Below, piece by piece: positions 35,174 to 45,026 of a DNA stretch of 64,000 nt. The first letter of the stretch is position 1. Each line of letters begins with the position of its first letter. The position numbers were made by a program, and so were the translations under genes. The notes beneath the pieces are model-generated. The model worked only from the letters and a program-made list of their open reading frames with translations, was not told where the DNA came from and made no database searches. The stretch is from NCBI GenBank assembly GCA_965205735.1, contig OZ242179.1:483162-547161 (forward strand), given 5' to 3'. The stretch is from Candidatus Azotimanducaceae bacterium (GTDB lineage: Bacteria > Pseudomonadota > Gammaproteobacteria > Pseudomonadales > Azotimanducaceae).

Positions 35174-36103
35174 CTACAGGGCCGCTTCGAGTTCCGGCAC
35201 GGCGGAAAATAGATCCGCCACCAGTCCGTAATCGGCGATCTGAAAGATCGGCGCGTCTTCGTCCTTGTTGATGGCGACGATGACCTTGGAATCCTTCATA
35301 CCCGCGAGATGCTGGATCGCACCGGAGATGCCGACAGCGACATAGAGATCCGGCGCGACGATCTTGCCTGTCTGTCCCACCTGCATATCGTTGGGCACGA
35401 AGCCGGCATCCACCGCCGCCCGCGATGCGCCGACAGCCGCTCCGAGCTTGTCGGCCACGCCTTCCAGAAGCTTGAAGTTGTCGCCGCTTTGCATGCCGCG
35501 TCCGCCAGAGATCACAACCCGCGCCGCCGTCAATTCCGGACGCTCCGACTTGGCGAGCTCGTCGCGGATGAAATCTGAAATGCCGGGATCGTGGACGCTT
35601 GCCGACGCCTCCACCGAAGCTGAACCGCCCTCCCCCGGCACCGGGTCAAACCCCGTTCCGCGCACCGAGATCACTTTCTTGACGTCATTGGACTTGACGG
35701 TGGCGATGCCGTTGCCGGCGTAGATCGGCCGCTTGAAGGTGTCGGGGGAGTCGACGCCGATGATGTCAGAGATCATGGCCACGTCGAGCATCGCCGCAAC
35801 GCGTGGCAGGAAATTCTTCCCCGTCGTGGTATGCGCGGCCAGGATGTGATCGTAGGAGCCGGCCAATTGGGCGATCAGCGGCGCCAGGTTTTCCGCTAAT
35901 TGATGCGCGTAGGCGGGCGCGTCCGCGCACAGCACGCGTGATACGCCGACAACTGCCGCTGCGCTCTGCGCCACCTCGGCGCATTGGCTGCCCGCGACAA
36001 GCACATCGATCTCGCCGCCGATCTCCCTCGCCGCCGCCAGTACGTTCAGGGTGACGGGCCTAAGCACGCTGTTGTCGTGCTCCGCGACGACCAGTACGCT
36101 CAT
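35174..36103 (-). CDS. etfA: electron transfer flavoprotein alpha subunit
   Basis: 309 aa. C-terminal FAD-binding region ...[38 protein letters not shown]. Confidence 0.95.
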   Translation of the reverse strand: MSVLVVAEHDNSVLRPVTLNVLAAAREIGGEIDVLVAGSQCAEVAQSAAAVVGVSRVLCADAPAYAHQLAENLAPLIAQLAGSYDHILAAHTTTGKNFLPRVAAMLDVAMISDIIGVDSPDTFKRPIYAGNGIATVKSNDVKKVISVRGTGFDPVPGEGGSASVEASASVHDPGISDFIRDELAKSERPELTAARVVISGGRGMQSGDNFKLLEGVADKLGAAVGASRAAVDAGFVPNDMQVGQTGKIVAPDLYVAVGISGAIQHLAGMKDSKVIVAINKDEDAPIFQIADYGLVADLFSAVPELEAAL

Positions 36104-36852
36104 TCGATCACCTTTGCTTCGTTTCTGAGTTTGTCTACCAGTTCTTCGACGCTCTCCACCTTGATGCCCGCGCTCCGACCCGGCGGCGCCTCGACGCCAA
36201 GCACTTCGAAGCGGGGCGCCGCATCTACGCCGAGTTCCTCGGGGGTGGTGATATCGAATGGCTTCCTCTTCGCTCTCATGATGTTCGGAAGCGATGCATA
36301 GCGGGGTTCGTTGAGCCGCAGGTCCGTGGTCACCACGGCGGGCAGGGACAGCAGTACGGTTTGCAGTCCACCGTCGACCTCCCGAACCACCTCCGCCTTG
36401 CCGTCCGCCACGGAGAGCCTGGACGCGAACGTGCCCTGGGGAAGGCCCGTCAGCGCGGCGAACATTTGCCCTGTCTGGCCGTTATCGCCATCAATGCTTT
36501 GCTTGCCGAATATGATAATCCCGGGCTGCTCCCGGTCATACACGGCCTTCAGAATCTTCGCGACCGCCAGCGGCTGCGCCTCTGTCTCCGTCTGCACCAG
36601 AATCGCACGGTCGGCGCCCAGCGCAAGGCAGGTCCTCAACTGTTCCTGGCAAGAGGGCCCACCCACGGAAACGGCGATGACTTCCGTGGCGACATCGGCC
36701 TCCTTCAGCCTCACTGCCTCTTCAATGGCAATCTCGCAGAACGGGTTGACGGCCATCTTGACGTTGGTGAGGTCGATGCCGCTGCCGTCCGGCTTGATAC
36801 GCACCTTGACATTCGCGTCGACGACGCGCTTTACGGGAACCAATACCTTCAT
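36100..36852 (-). CDS. etfB: electron transfer flavoprotein beta subunit
   Basis: [20 protein letters not shown]..., 250 aa from ATG 36852. The 466-aa track ORF is a spurious upstream extension. Confidence 0.95.
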   Translation of the reverse strand: MKVLVPVKRVVDANVKVRIKPDGSGIDLTNVKMAVNPFCEIAIEEAVRLKEADVATEVIAVSVGGPSCQEQLRTCLALGADRAILVQTETEAQPLAVAKILKAVYDREQPGIIIFGKQSIDGDNGQTGQMFAALTGLPQGTFASRLSVADGKAEVVREVDGGLQTVLLSLPAVVTTDLRLNEPRYASLPNIMRAKRKPFDITTPEELGVDAAPRFEVLGVEAPPGRSAGIKVESVEELVDKLRNEAKVIE

Positions 36853-37167
36853 GCAATCTTCTTCCGCTCGGGCGCCCCAGAATGGCCAGTTGTTCGGGGA
36901 ACATGTACTTCGCGTCGCCTGCCAAATGCAGTGTCGCGCCGCTCGGTCCCCGACCCCGCGTCGTCGACCGTAGCCGCGTATTCTCGCCTTTTTTCGGACG
37001 CTGCGACAAGCGCTCGCCCACGCACGCATTTCCTTCCGGCCCGCCGCGCGTGCGCTACAATCGCGATGCGTTTTTGGCATTGACGGCGCGGTGGTCCCAG
37101 AGTGCCCACCGTTCTGGGAGAAACCAGGGAACGCTGCTTGTGGAACAACTGAGTATCGGGGCCGTGC

Positions 37168-38823
37168 GTGGCTGAAGTCGAACACGAATCCATGGATTTC
37201 GATGTCGTGATCGTCGGTGGTGGACCCGCGGGACTGTCGGCCGCCATCCGGTTGGCTCAACTCGCGCAGGAGGCGGATCGAGAAGTTTCGATCTGCCTGG
37301 TCGAAAAAGGATCCGAGATCGGCGCCCACATTCTGTCCGGCGCGATTTTCGAGCCGACGGCATTGAACGAACTGTTGCCCGACTGGTCCGAACTGAGCGC
37401 GCCGCTCAACAATCCGGTCACCGAAGACACCATCTACTACCTGCCCAACGGTGATACGCAGGTCAAGGTGCCCAAGGCATTGATTCCAAAGGCGCTGCAC
37501 AACGAAGGCAAGTATGCGCTCAGCCTCGGCAACCTATGCCGGTGGCTCGGCGACCAGGCGGAAGCGATGGGCGTGAACATCTTCCCGGGCTTCGCCGCCG
37601 CGCAGATACGCTACGAAGAAGGCCGGGTCGCCGGCGTATTGACAGGGGATATGGGCGTCGCGGCATCCGGGCAGCCCAAGTCGACCTTTGAACCCGGTTA
37701 CGCCTTGCGCGCGAAATACACCCTCTTCGCCGAAGGTTGCCGAGGCCATCTCGGCAAGGAACTGATCGCCAGGTTCGAGCTCGGCAACGGCGCGCAACAC
37801 TACGGGATTGGCTTGAAGGAGCTATGGGATGCGGATCCGGCAAAGCATGTCCCAGGCAAGGTGATACACACTCTCGGTTGGCCTTTGGGCCATACTGTTC
37901 GCGGCACCGGGGGCGGTTCGTTCCTCTACCACATGGAAAACAGCCAGATCGCCGTTGGCTTGATCGTGGACTTGTCGTACAGCAATCCGCACCTGAGTCC
38001 CTATGACGAATTTCAGCGTTTCAAACACCACCCGCTAATCGCCGGTTTTCTCGATGGTGGAACCCGGGTCTCCTACGGCGCGCGAGCCGTGATCAAGGGC
38101 GGTATTCAGGCCTTGCCAAAGACAACCTTTCCCGGCGGAATGCTGATAGGCGACAACGCCGGATTCCTCAATCAACTCAAGGTGAAAGGCTCCCACACGG
38201 CCATGAAGTCCGGGATGATCGCGGCCGAAGCGGTGTTTGGCGCCCTGTCGCAGGAATCACCCCCGGCGGAGGTCAACGATTTCGACACGCGCTTCCGCGC
38301 ATCCTGGCTATTCGAGGAACTTCACTCCTCCCGCAATGTGGGGCCCGCCGTGCATCGGCTGGGCACCTTGCCGGGCGCAGCGTACGCGTGGTTCGACCAG
38401 ACCATCGCCCGCGGCCGCATGCCCTTCACCCTGCACGAAAACACTCCCGACCATGCCACGCTGCGGCCCGCCCCAGTTGCCAAGCCCATCGAGTATCCCA
38501 AACCCGACGGCGTGTTGTCGTTCGACAAGCTCTCTTCGGTGTTCCTCTCGAACACGAACCACGAAGAGGACCAACCGTGCCACTTGACACTCGCCGATCC
38601 CGACGTCCCGATTCGGGACAACCTGCCCACGTACGACGAGCCCGCGCAACGATATTGTCCGGCCGGCGTCTACGAGGTGGTCGAACAGGACGGCAGGCCG
38701 CGCTTCCAGATCAACGCCCAGAATTGCGTGCACTGCAAGACCTGCGACATCAAGGACCCCGCCCAGAATATCAACTGGGTCGTCCCCGAAGGCGCCGGCG
38801 GACCGAACTACCCCAACATGTGA
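37168..38823 (+). CDS. electron transfer flavoprotein-ubiquinone oxidoreductase
   Basis: FAD motif [12 protein letters not shown] and a C-terminal 4Fe-4S segment CPAGVYE...[13 protein letters not shown]. The start is GTG 37168 or ATG 37192. Confidence 0.9.
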   Translation: MAEVEHESMDFDVVIVGGGPAGLSAAIRLAQLAQEADREVSICLVEKGSEIGAHILSGAIFEPTALNELLPDWSELSAPLNNPVTEDTIYYLPNGDTQVKVPKALIPKALHNEGKYALSLGNLCRWLGDQAEAMGVNIFPGFAAAQIRYEEGRVAGVLTGDMGVAASGQPKSTFEPGYALRAKYTLFAEGCRGHLGKELIARFELGNGAQHYGIGLKELWDADPAKHVPGKVIHTLGWPLGHTVRGTGGGSFLYHMENSQIAVGLIVDLSYSNPHLSPYDEFQRFKHHPLIAGFLDGGTRVSYGARAVIKGGIQALPKTTFPGGMLIGDNAGFLNQLKVKGSHTAMKSGMIAAEAVFGALSQESPPAEVNDFDTRFRASWLFEELHSSRNVGPAVHRLGTLPGAAYAWFDQTIARGRMPFTLHENTPDHATLRPAPVAKPIEYPKPDGVLSFDKLSSVFLSNTNHEEDQPCHLTLADPDVPIRDNLPTYDEPAQRYCPAGVYEVVEQDGRPRFQINAQNCVHCKTCDIKDPAQNINWVVPEGAGGPNYPNM

Positions 38824-38863
38824 CCTTTCGGGCTAGCGGGTTTCGGATCCTGGATCGTTCGCG

Positions 38864-39394
38864 TCATACGTCGCCCAGGACGAAACGCGTTCCTGAACTC
38901 CAGATTTCAAGCACGCCGTCCCGGACCTCTCCCAACTCCACTAGCCGATAGAAGACGCTACGTGCGATCAGCGCGCGTAGACCCCGACGAACCTCCACGT
39001 ATGGACGGGGCTCGCCCCGATTGTCGAGCACGGTGATGGGATGCGCCGCGCCGACCAGCACGTGATCGCCGACGTTCGTGGTCAGAATAAGGCGCCGTTC
39101 CCGCCCGTCGCCCGAAGATTCCATGTCTATCGCGACAAAGGGTGCGTCGTCGACCTGTATGCGCAGCTTTTCCGCGGGAGTGACAAGGCAATGACCATCG
39201 GGGTCGCGACGCAGGATCGTCGCAAACAGTTCGACCAGCCGCTGTCGTTTGATTTCCGCCCCGTCGTGGAACCACCGACCATCGGCCTTGATACGGATGT
39301 CGATATCGCCGACGCGCTGCGGCTGCCACTGCTCGACCGGCGGCAGTTTCCTGTCGCCGGCCACCTTCATCAGGGTGTCGAACGCTTCGTTCAT
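38864..39394 (-). CDS. DUF1285-family protein
   Basis: ...PPVEQWQPQRVGDIDIRIKADGRWFHDGAEIKRQRLVELFATIL... resembles DUF1285. Confidence 0.6.
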   Translation of the reverse strand: MNEAFDTLMKVAGDRKLPPVEQWQPQRVGDIDIRIKADGRWFHDGAEIKRQRLVELFATILRRDPDGHCLVTPAEKLRIQVDDAPFVAIDMESSGDGRERRLILTTNVGDHVLVGAAHPITVLDNRGEPRPYVEVRRGLRALIARSVFYRLVELGEVRDGVLEIWSSGTRFVLGDV

Positions 39395-39490
39395 GCAGGC
39401 ATGCGGGAATTGTGCGGGCTTGATTTCAACGGAGGTCGCCGACTCTCAAGCGGCTCTCGGCGGTGCGTCCGTGGAGCGGCCGACCTCAGT

Positions 39491-39730
39491 GCCACAAAAA
39501 CCGTCGCCCTCGCGGGCGCCGTGTTTTGCCCCCGCCCAAGCCCACCTATCATCCTGTCGATCTTGCCGCTAGTGCGGCAAGTCCGACAGCCTGCTAGCGC
39601 CACAAAAACCGTCGCCCTTCCGGGTGCGCCGTGTTTTGCCCCCGCCCAAGCCCGTCTGTTTCGTCCCACCCGCTCGCCCGTCATCTTGTCGATCTTGCCG
39701 CTAGTGCGGCAAGTCTGACAGTCTGCTAGC
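39491..39730 (+). repeat. two tandem REP-like units (108 and 132 bp), each with two hairpins
   Basis: Units run 39491-39598 and 39599-39730. Hairpin 1 is caaaaaccgtcgccc/gggcgccgtgttttg. Hairpin 2 is ctgtcga-cttgccgc-tagt-gcggcaag-tccgacag. The terminal ctgctagc contains the moaA TAG stop. Confidence 0.85.
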
Positions 39731-40730
39731 CGCCGATGAACTTCATCACCGTGACTTCTCCGGTGAACGCCGCCGTCTGTTTGTCGCCCATCGCCTTGAC
39801 CAGCACGCCCTGCAGCCGGACGAGGGCTTCGTGCTCCGGAGCGTCCAGCAAGGCATTGATGTCGTGATGATTCGTATTGGACAAGCATCCATAGAGAAGT
39901 CCGTTGGACGACAGTCGAAGGCGCGTGCAGGAACTGCAAAATGGTTCACTCTCGTTGGCGATGATGCCGAAGTTGCCGTATCCCGGCACGTTGAAGCGCA
40001 CCGACGTGGAGTCGTAGGGGGCATCGGTCCGGGCGAACGTAAAACGGCTCCCGATGGTCTCGAGCAGTTCTTCCATGCCGATGAAGTCGCGCTGATAGGC
40101 CTGATTGTATTTCAGATGCCCCATATTCATGAGTTCTATGTAGCGCAACTCTATACCCCGATCGAGGCAGAACTCGAGCATCGGCAGAATCTGATCCGCG
40201 TTGGCGGTGCGCAAGGGAACCATGTTGATCTTCACCTTGAGGCCCAACCCGATCATGGCATCGATGCCCGCCACCACCGTCTCCAGGTCGCCCGAACGCG
40301 CAATCAGGCGGAAGTGGGCGGGGTCAAGGGTGTCCAGGCTGATATTGATACGCTTGAGACCGGCCTTCCTGATGACCTCCTCCTTGCGCACCAGAAACTG
40401 GCCGTTAGTGGTGATCGCGACATCGGACAACGGCAGGGCCATGACCGCCGGAAGAAACTCGTCGAACTTGGAAGACAGCAGCGGCTCGCCGCCAGTAATG
40501 CGAAGCTTCTCGATGCCAGCGGCTCGAATCATCAGCCGCACGGCTTTCACGAGTGATTCGGCGGACAGTTCTCGGCTGGCGGGCTGGAGGCGTTTACCGT
40601 CGGCGACGCAGTAGGTGCAAGCGTAGTTGCACGCAGCCGTCAGGCTGACCCGCAAGTTCCGAAACCTGCGCCCCTGGCTGTCAACGATCATCCGCGAGTT
40701 CCAAGCAAGATTCGCCGTCGCCTCGATCAC
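39726..40730 (-). CDS. moaA: GTP 3',8-cyclase (molybdenum cofactor biosynthesis, radical SAM)
   Basis: CNYACTYC radical-SAM cluster, a second Cys cluster CSSCTRLRL, and a C-terminal GG. The start is GTG 40730 or ATG 40691. Confidence 0.85.
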   Translation of the reverse strand: MIEATANLAWNSRMIVDSQGRRFRNLRVSLTAACNYACTYCVADGKRLQPASRELSAESLVKAVRLMIRAAGIEKLRITGGEPLLSSKFDEFLPAVMALPLSDVAITTNGQFLVRKEEVIRKAGLKRINISLDTLDPAHFRLIARSGDLETVVAGIDAMIGLGLKVKINMVPLRTANADQILPMLEFCLDRGIELRYIELMNMGHLKYNQAYQRDFIGMEELLETIGSRFTFARTDAPYDSTSVRFNVPGYGNFGIIANESEPFCSSCTRLRLSSNGLLYGCLSNTNHHDINALLDAPEHEALVRLQGVLVKAMGDKQTAAFTGEVTVMKFIGG

Positions 40731-40851
40731 CTCGGGCGACGGCGCAATCGTTCATACTACCGCATGCGCAATTCGTCAGCACCATTCCGGCCATTTCCAC
40801 ACACCCCCGCCCGCCGGTGGCGATCATCACGCTGCTCCCAGTGCAGCAACG

Positions 40852-42234
40852 TCAATCAGCCTCATTCGATGCCCCTGGGGCGCTGGATCGTTGTTCGATT
40901 CGGCGGCCAAGCACGCGGGCGAAGTCACGTGCCCAAAAGACCCGGTTTGATCCCTTGAGCAACACCATGTCTCCAGGTCGTAGCGCATCGACGATCGCAT
41001 CCATGTCGATATCGTCAGGGGAAGGAAAAAATGCAAGCCGTCGATGATTTGGCAATCGATCAAAGAGCGCATCCATCGCGTGGCCGACACAAACCACCTT
41101 GTCGATTCCGCGACAGGCTTCGGCCATCGCTGCGTGCAGCCGCTTCCCGTCGTCGCCGAGTTCGAGCATCTCGCCCAGCACCGCGATGGTTCTTCCCGCT
41201 TCGGTGGCGAGCGTGTGCAGCGCGGCGGCCATGCTCGCGGGATTCGCGTTGTAGCTATCGTCGATCAGCGTGATCGAGCCAACGCGGATATGGTTGCCTC
41301 GTCCAGCGGGTAGGTTTTCTGGCCCTATGCGCCCGATGGTGGCCGGATCGCCGCCCAATGCAACGATGGCGGCGGCGGCGGCGGTCAACGCCAGCGCACG
41401 GTGCTCGCCCCCGCCTGGAATCTCCGCTTGGACACGCCCCGACGGTGTCTCCACCACGGCGACGCCTCCGGCCGAACTCGTCAAGCGCACGTCCGCGTTC
41501 TGACCGAGACCGAAAGTGAGCACGCGCTTGCCGCGGTCGAGTCCGCCGCGGTCCAACGCGTCAAGGCAGACCAGCGTACCCCCGGTTCGCAGCCCATCGG
41601 CAATGGAGAGCTTTTCCCGCCTGAGCGCGGCGATGTCGTCGAAATACTCGATGTGAGCGGGATGCACGTTGAGGACAACCGCGACATCCGGTGCCGCCAG
41701 GCGGGCCAGCGGCGCAATCTCGCCTGGGTGATTCGTGCCAATTTCGTACACGGCGACTCTGGTATGCGCCGGTGTACGCGCTAGCGACAACGGCACGCCC
41801 AAGTGGTTGTTCAGGCTGCCGGGCGCCGAAAAAGCACCCAGGGCATGCGCGACGAAGTTCTTTACCGTGGTCTTTCCGCTGCTCCCGGTCACTGCGACAA
41901 CGCGGCCACCCAACCTTTCGCGCGCGGCCTGGGCGAGCGCCCATAATGCATCGATGGTATCCCTCACAAGGATGCATGGCGCCCCATCCCGCACATCCCT
42001 CTCCACGAGGGCACCGGCTGCGCCGGCGTCGAAAGCTGCGCCCACATAGTCGTGACCGTCACGTTCAGACCGCTGACTGACGTGAAATCGGGATCCCGGA
42101 TCGCCTGGCAAGGCGACAAACAGTTCTCCGCCGCTCAGCGAACGCGAATCGATGCTTACGCCGTCGATGTCCGGGCCGCCGGTCAGCGGCGCGCCGACCG
42201 CCGCGCAAACCTCAGACCATCGCCAAAGACTCAT
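40852..42234 (-). CDS. murF: UDP-N-acetylmuramoyl-tripeptide--D-alanyl-D-alanine ligase-like Mur ligase
   Basis: 460 aa from ATG 42234, with VTGSSGKTT and DDSYNANP motifs. The 637-aa track ORF is an upstream extension. Confidence 0.8.
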   Translation of the reverse strand: MSLWRWSEVCAAVGAPLTGGPDIDGVSIDSRSLSGGELFVALPGDPGSRFHVSQRSERDGHDYVGAAFDAGAAGALVERDVRDGAPCILVRDTIDALWALAQAARERLGGRVVAVTGSSGKTTVKNFVAHALGAFSAPGSLNNHLGVPLSLARTPAHTRVAVYEIGTNHPGEIAPLARLAAPDVAVVLNVHPAHIEYFDDIAALRREKLSIADGLRTGGTLVCLDALDRGGLDRGKRVLTFGLGQNADVRLTSSAGGVAVVETPSGRVQAEIPGGGEHRALALTAAAAAIVALGGDPATIGRIGPENLPAGRGNHIRVGSITLIDDSYNANPASMAAALHTLATEAGRTIAVLGEMLELGDDGKRLHAAMAEACRGIDKVVCVGHAMDALFDRLPNHRRLAFFPSPDDIDMDAIVDALRPGDMVLLKGSNRVFWARDFARVLGRRIEQRSSAPGASNEAD

Positions 42235-42355
42235 CTCTACACCATCATCCAAGGGTCCCCCAACTCCGTTTTCGCCCGCGGCACCGTTCCGAGCGCCGCG
42301 CACTCCAACAACGCGTGTGGGACAATCGCCGCTTCTTATACCATCCGGTGCCGGC

Positions 42356-44176
42356 ATGTTGTTTGGACAGATCCTGCGAAAGTCCTTCGCCGCCGTTTCG
42401 CGGGCTTTTGCATTCCTGCGGGTCGCGTTGGCGAATGTGCTCATAGGGGTGCTGTTGCTTGTTTTGGTCGCCGTGATCCTGGCCGCGCCCAAGGGCGTGC
42501 GGACACCGGACGGCGCCGCTCTCGTTGTCGCTCCCAGGGGAATGATCGTCGAGCAGCCTTCCCGCCCCGCATTCCCCTTCCCGCCGACGTTGTCCGATGT
42601 CGCGAGCCAGACGAAGGCGGCGGACATCATAGACGCGATCAAACAAGCAGCTTCGGACGATCGGGTCGCGATGCTGACGCTGGACCTCACCGAACTCGAC
42701 TTCGCAAGCACCGCGCACCTCGAGGCGATTGGCGAGGCAATCCAGGAATTCCGAGGCGCGGACAAGACCGTAGTCGCCAGCAGCGACTACTTCACGCAGC
42801 CGCGATACTACCTCGCCAGCTTCGCCGACGAGGTGTACATGCATCCGCTTGGCGAACTCATGTTGACCGGTTTCGGCGCGTACCAGGACTACTACGGGGG
42901 CCTGTTGGAAAAACTCAAGGTCAACGTGCACGTCTACCGCATCGGCGCCTACAAGTCGGCCGTTGAACCCTATACCCGCGCGGACATGTCCGCGGATGCG
43001 AAGAAAGCGAACCAGGCGCTGGTGGATGATTTATGGGGAAGCTATGTCGACCGGGTGGCGGAGAACCGGCGCCTGGACCCGCAAGCGCTGCAACATTACG
43101 CCAACGAGTACGATGTCTTGCTGCGGGAAGTGAATGGCGACGCGGCGCGCGCGGCGCTCGAAAACGGACTGGTGGATGAGTTGTTGACGCATGACGCGTT
43201 ACAGGAGCGACTTGCCGAGAGAGTCGGAACGGCTGACAACGGTACGTTCCTGCACACGGATGTCCCCAACTACCTGCGGTCGGTGCGCAGTTCCGAACGA
43301 CCCGGGCGCGGACCCAAGGTGGCGGTCATCGTTGTAGACGGCATGATTCTGACGGGGGATCAACCAGTTGGCGTGGTCGGCGCCGATTCTACCTCCCGGC
43401 TCATTCGCAAGGCGCGGGAGGATACGGACGTGAAAGCCCTGGTGTTGCGCGTCGACTCTCCCGGCGGCAGCGCATTTGCCTCCGAAGTCATTCGTCAGGA
43501 GTTGGAGTTGGTGCAGGCAACCGGCAAGCCCGTGGTTGTGTCGATGGGCGGCGTCGCCGCTTCCGGCGGCTATTGGATCTCGGCGACGGCTGATGAGATA
43601 TGGGCCGCGCCGACGACCATCACCGGTTCCATCGGCGTATTCGCCATCTTGCCGACATTCGAGGATAGCCTGTCATCCATAGGGATATCGCGGGACGGCG
43701 TGGGTACGAGTTCCTTGACCGGCGCCCTCGACCCCTTCGGGGGCGTCAGCGAGCGCATGGGGAACGTGTTGCAAGCGGCTGTGGAGGACACCTACTCACG
43801 CTTCGTGAACCTCGTCGCGCGAGGCCGCGACATGGCGCCGGAGGAGGTGGAAGCGATCGCCCAAGGCCACGTATGGAGTGGACGCAAGGCGCTCGACCTG
43901 GGACTCGTGGATGGACTCGGTCATCTCAACCGTGCCGTCGAGGCCGCGGCGGAACGCGCCGGGATCGACGAGTACAACGTGGTGACGATCGACGAACCGT
44001 TAACCACGCGGGAGAAAGTCCTCATGCGGCTCTTCGATGAGTTGGGATTTTCGCTGCGTCCCGCCGCCGCCTGGTTTGAGCCGATCATCGCCGGTTTGGA
44101 ATCGCTCGCGTCGCTGAATGACCCGAGGCACGTCTACGCGATCTGCGAGTTCTGTGGAAACACCGCCCATCGGTAG
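42356..44176 (+). CDS. sppA: signal peptide peptidase SppA, 67K type
   Basis: 606 aa from ATG 42356: an N-terminal TM segment and two ClpP/S49 domains (...MGGVAASGGYWISATADEIWA...). Confidence 0.85.
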   Translation: MLFGQILRKSFAAVSRAFAFLRVALANVLIGVLLLVLVAVILAAPKGVRTPDGAALVVAPRGMIVEQPSRPAFPFPPTLSDVASQTKAADIIDAIKQAASDDRVAMLTLDLTELDFASTAHLEAIGEAIQEFRGADKTVVASSDYFTQPRYYLASFADEVYMHPLGELMLTGFGAYQDYYGGLLEKLKVNVHVYRIGAYKSAVEPYTRADMSADAKKANQALVDDLWGSYVDRVAENRRLDPQALQHYANEYDVLLREVNGDAARAALENGLVDELLTHDALQERLAERVGTADNGTFLHTDVPNYLRSVRSSERPGRGPKVAVIVVDGMILTGDQPVGVVGADSTSRLIRKAREDTDVKALVLRVDSPGGSAFASEVIRQELELVQATGKPVVVSMGGVAASGGYWISATADEIWAAPTTITGSIGVFAILPTFEDSLSSIGISRDGVGTSSLTGALDPFGGVSERMGNVLQAAVEDTYSRFVNLVARGRDMAPEEVEAIAQGHVWSGRKALDLGLVDGLGHLNRAVEAAAERAGIDEYNVVTIDEPLTTREKVLMRLFDELGFSLRPAAAWFEPIIAGLESLASLNDPRHVYAICEFCGNTAHR

Positions 44177-44192
44177 GAAGCGGCCGGGCTTG

Positions 44193-44455
44193 GTGTCGTG
44201 TCACGCGAGTTCTGGCGCTTCAGAGTTCGCCATGCGCGTCAATGCAAGGCGTGGTCCGCAGGGAATATCGGGCATATTCGCAAGGGCCACAACGCGGCAG
44301 TGGCGTGCATGGCGATCTCCCGAAGGGCGCGCCCCACGGGGCCCGTGGCCGCGTTGCGCCCCTTGGCAATGGAGCCGACCATTCCCGGCGGGGACGCGCC
44401 TTGCCACAGACCCCGTGGGACGCGCTGAAGCGTCATAACTCGCGTGACACGACAC
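44193..44455. repeat. 263-bp long imperfect palindrome (hairpin-forming, MITE-like) between convergent genes
   Basis: 19-bp perfect termini: gtgtcgtgtcacgcgagtt at 44193-44211 and aactcgcgtgacacgacac at 44437-44455. The arm complementarity continues inward (gcgcttcag, caaggcg, gggaat..tcgg, aacgcggc). Confidence 0.75.
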
Positions 44456-44467
44456 TAGTATTGTGGG

Positions 44468-45025
44468 CTAGAACAACCTGACTCGGGTACGCCCCGATTC
44501 CCTTGGACCGCGGAAGTTCCGACGCCGGCGCATGCGCTGGTGAAGTTCGCGTCGTTTCGCGGCGAGCCAATCCTTCCGCGTAACGCTCGGGTTCCTGTTT
44601 CTCGACGCCTCTCCCCGCTGGTAGCGTCGAAAATCGTCGAACGCCTCAATCTCGTGTTTCAGTTCCCTCATGATCAGCTCGATCATGATCGCGTCGTCGA
44701 TGTAGCCGAGAACCGGGACATCGTCCGGAATGACATCCTTCGGCTCGACGAAGTATGCGAGCGCGGTCACGACGTTGTTGCGTTCGCCCCCCGGGAGTTG
44801 CCATTCGTCGTCCCGCAACATGTCGATCAGGCTCTCGACGCGATCGATGCGCTGTTCGACGAACACGGGCAAGTTGGCGGCTTTCACGTTACTGATCATT
44901 GCGTCGGCGTGCGCAACGACTTCCTCTTCGGACGCGCGCTGGGCGCTCGCTCCGGCCCTCTTCATGATCGACCGAAAATACTCAAGGTCCGTCTCTTCCA
45001 GATCGAACGCGACCCGCAACGACAT
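44468..45025 (-). CDS. DUF1232 (YkvA-like) domain protein
   Basis: ...DVIPDDVPVLGYIDDAIMIELI... The ATG at 45025 lies one nt after the symporter stop. Confidence 0.6.
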   Translation of the reverse strand: MSLRVAFDLEETDLEYFRSIMKRAGASAQRASEEEVVAHADAMISNVKAANLPVFVEQRIDRVESLIDMLRDDEWQLPGGERNNVVTALAYFVEPKDVIPDDVPVLGYIDDAIMIELIMRELKHEIEAFDDFRRYQRGEASRNRNPSVTRKDWLAAKRRELHQRMRRRRNFRGPRESGRTRVRLF

Positions 45026-45026
45026 T

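Noticed and set aside
36853-37500. N-terminal 216-aa extension of the etfB ORF (track ORF 36100..37500).
   Set aside because: The canonical EtfB N-terminus [10 protein letters not shown] starts at 36852. The extension runs through the divergent promoter region and into the ETF-QO coding sequence on the other strand.
39491-39730. Whether the tandem repeats here and at 51133-51354 could be a small CRISPR array.
   Set aside because: There are only two units per locus, and they sit directly adjacent with no unique spacers. The units are over 100 bp with internal hairpins, and no cas genes are present. This is REP/BIME-like, not CRISPR.
42235-42765. 177-aa upstream extension of the murF ORF, and the 42052..42966 / 42245..42931 ORFs.
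   Set aside because: The extension overlaps the sppA 5' end on the opposite strand and has no Mur-ligase similarity. MSLWRWSEV... at 42234 is a typical MurF start.
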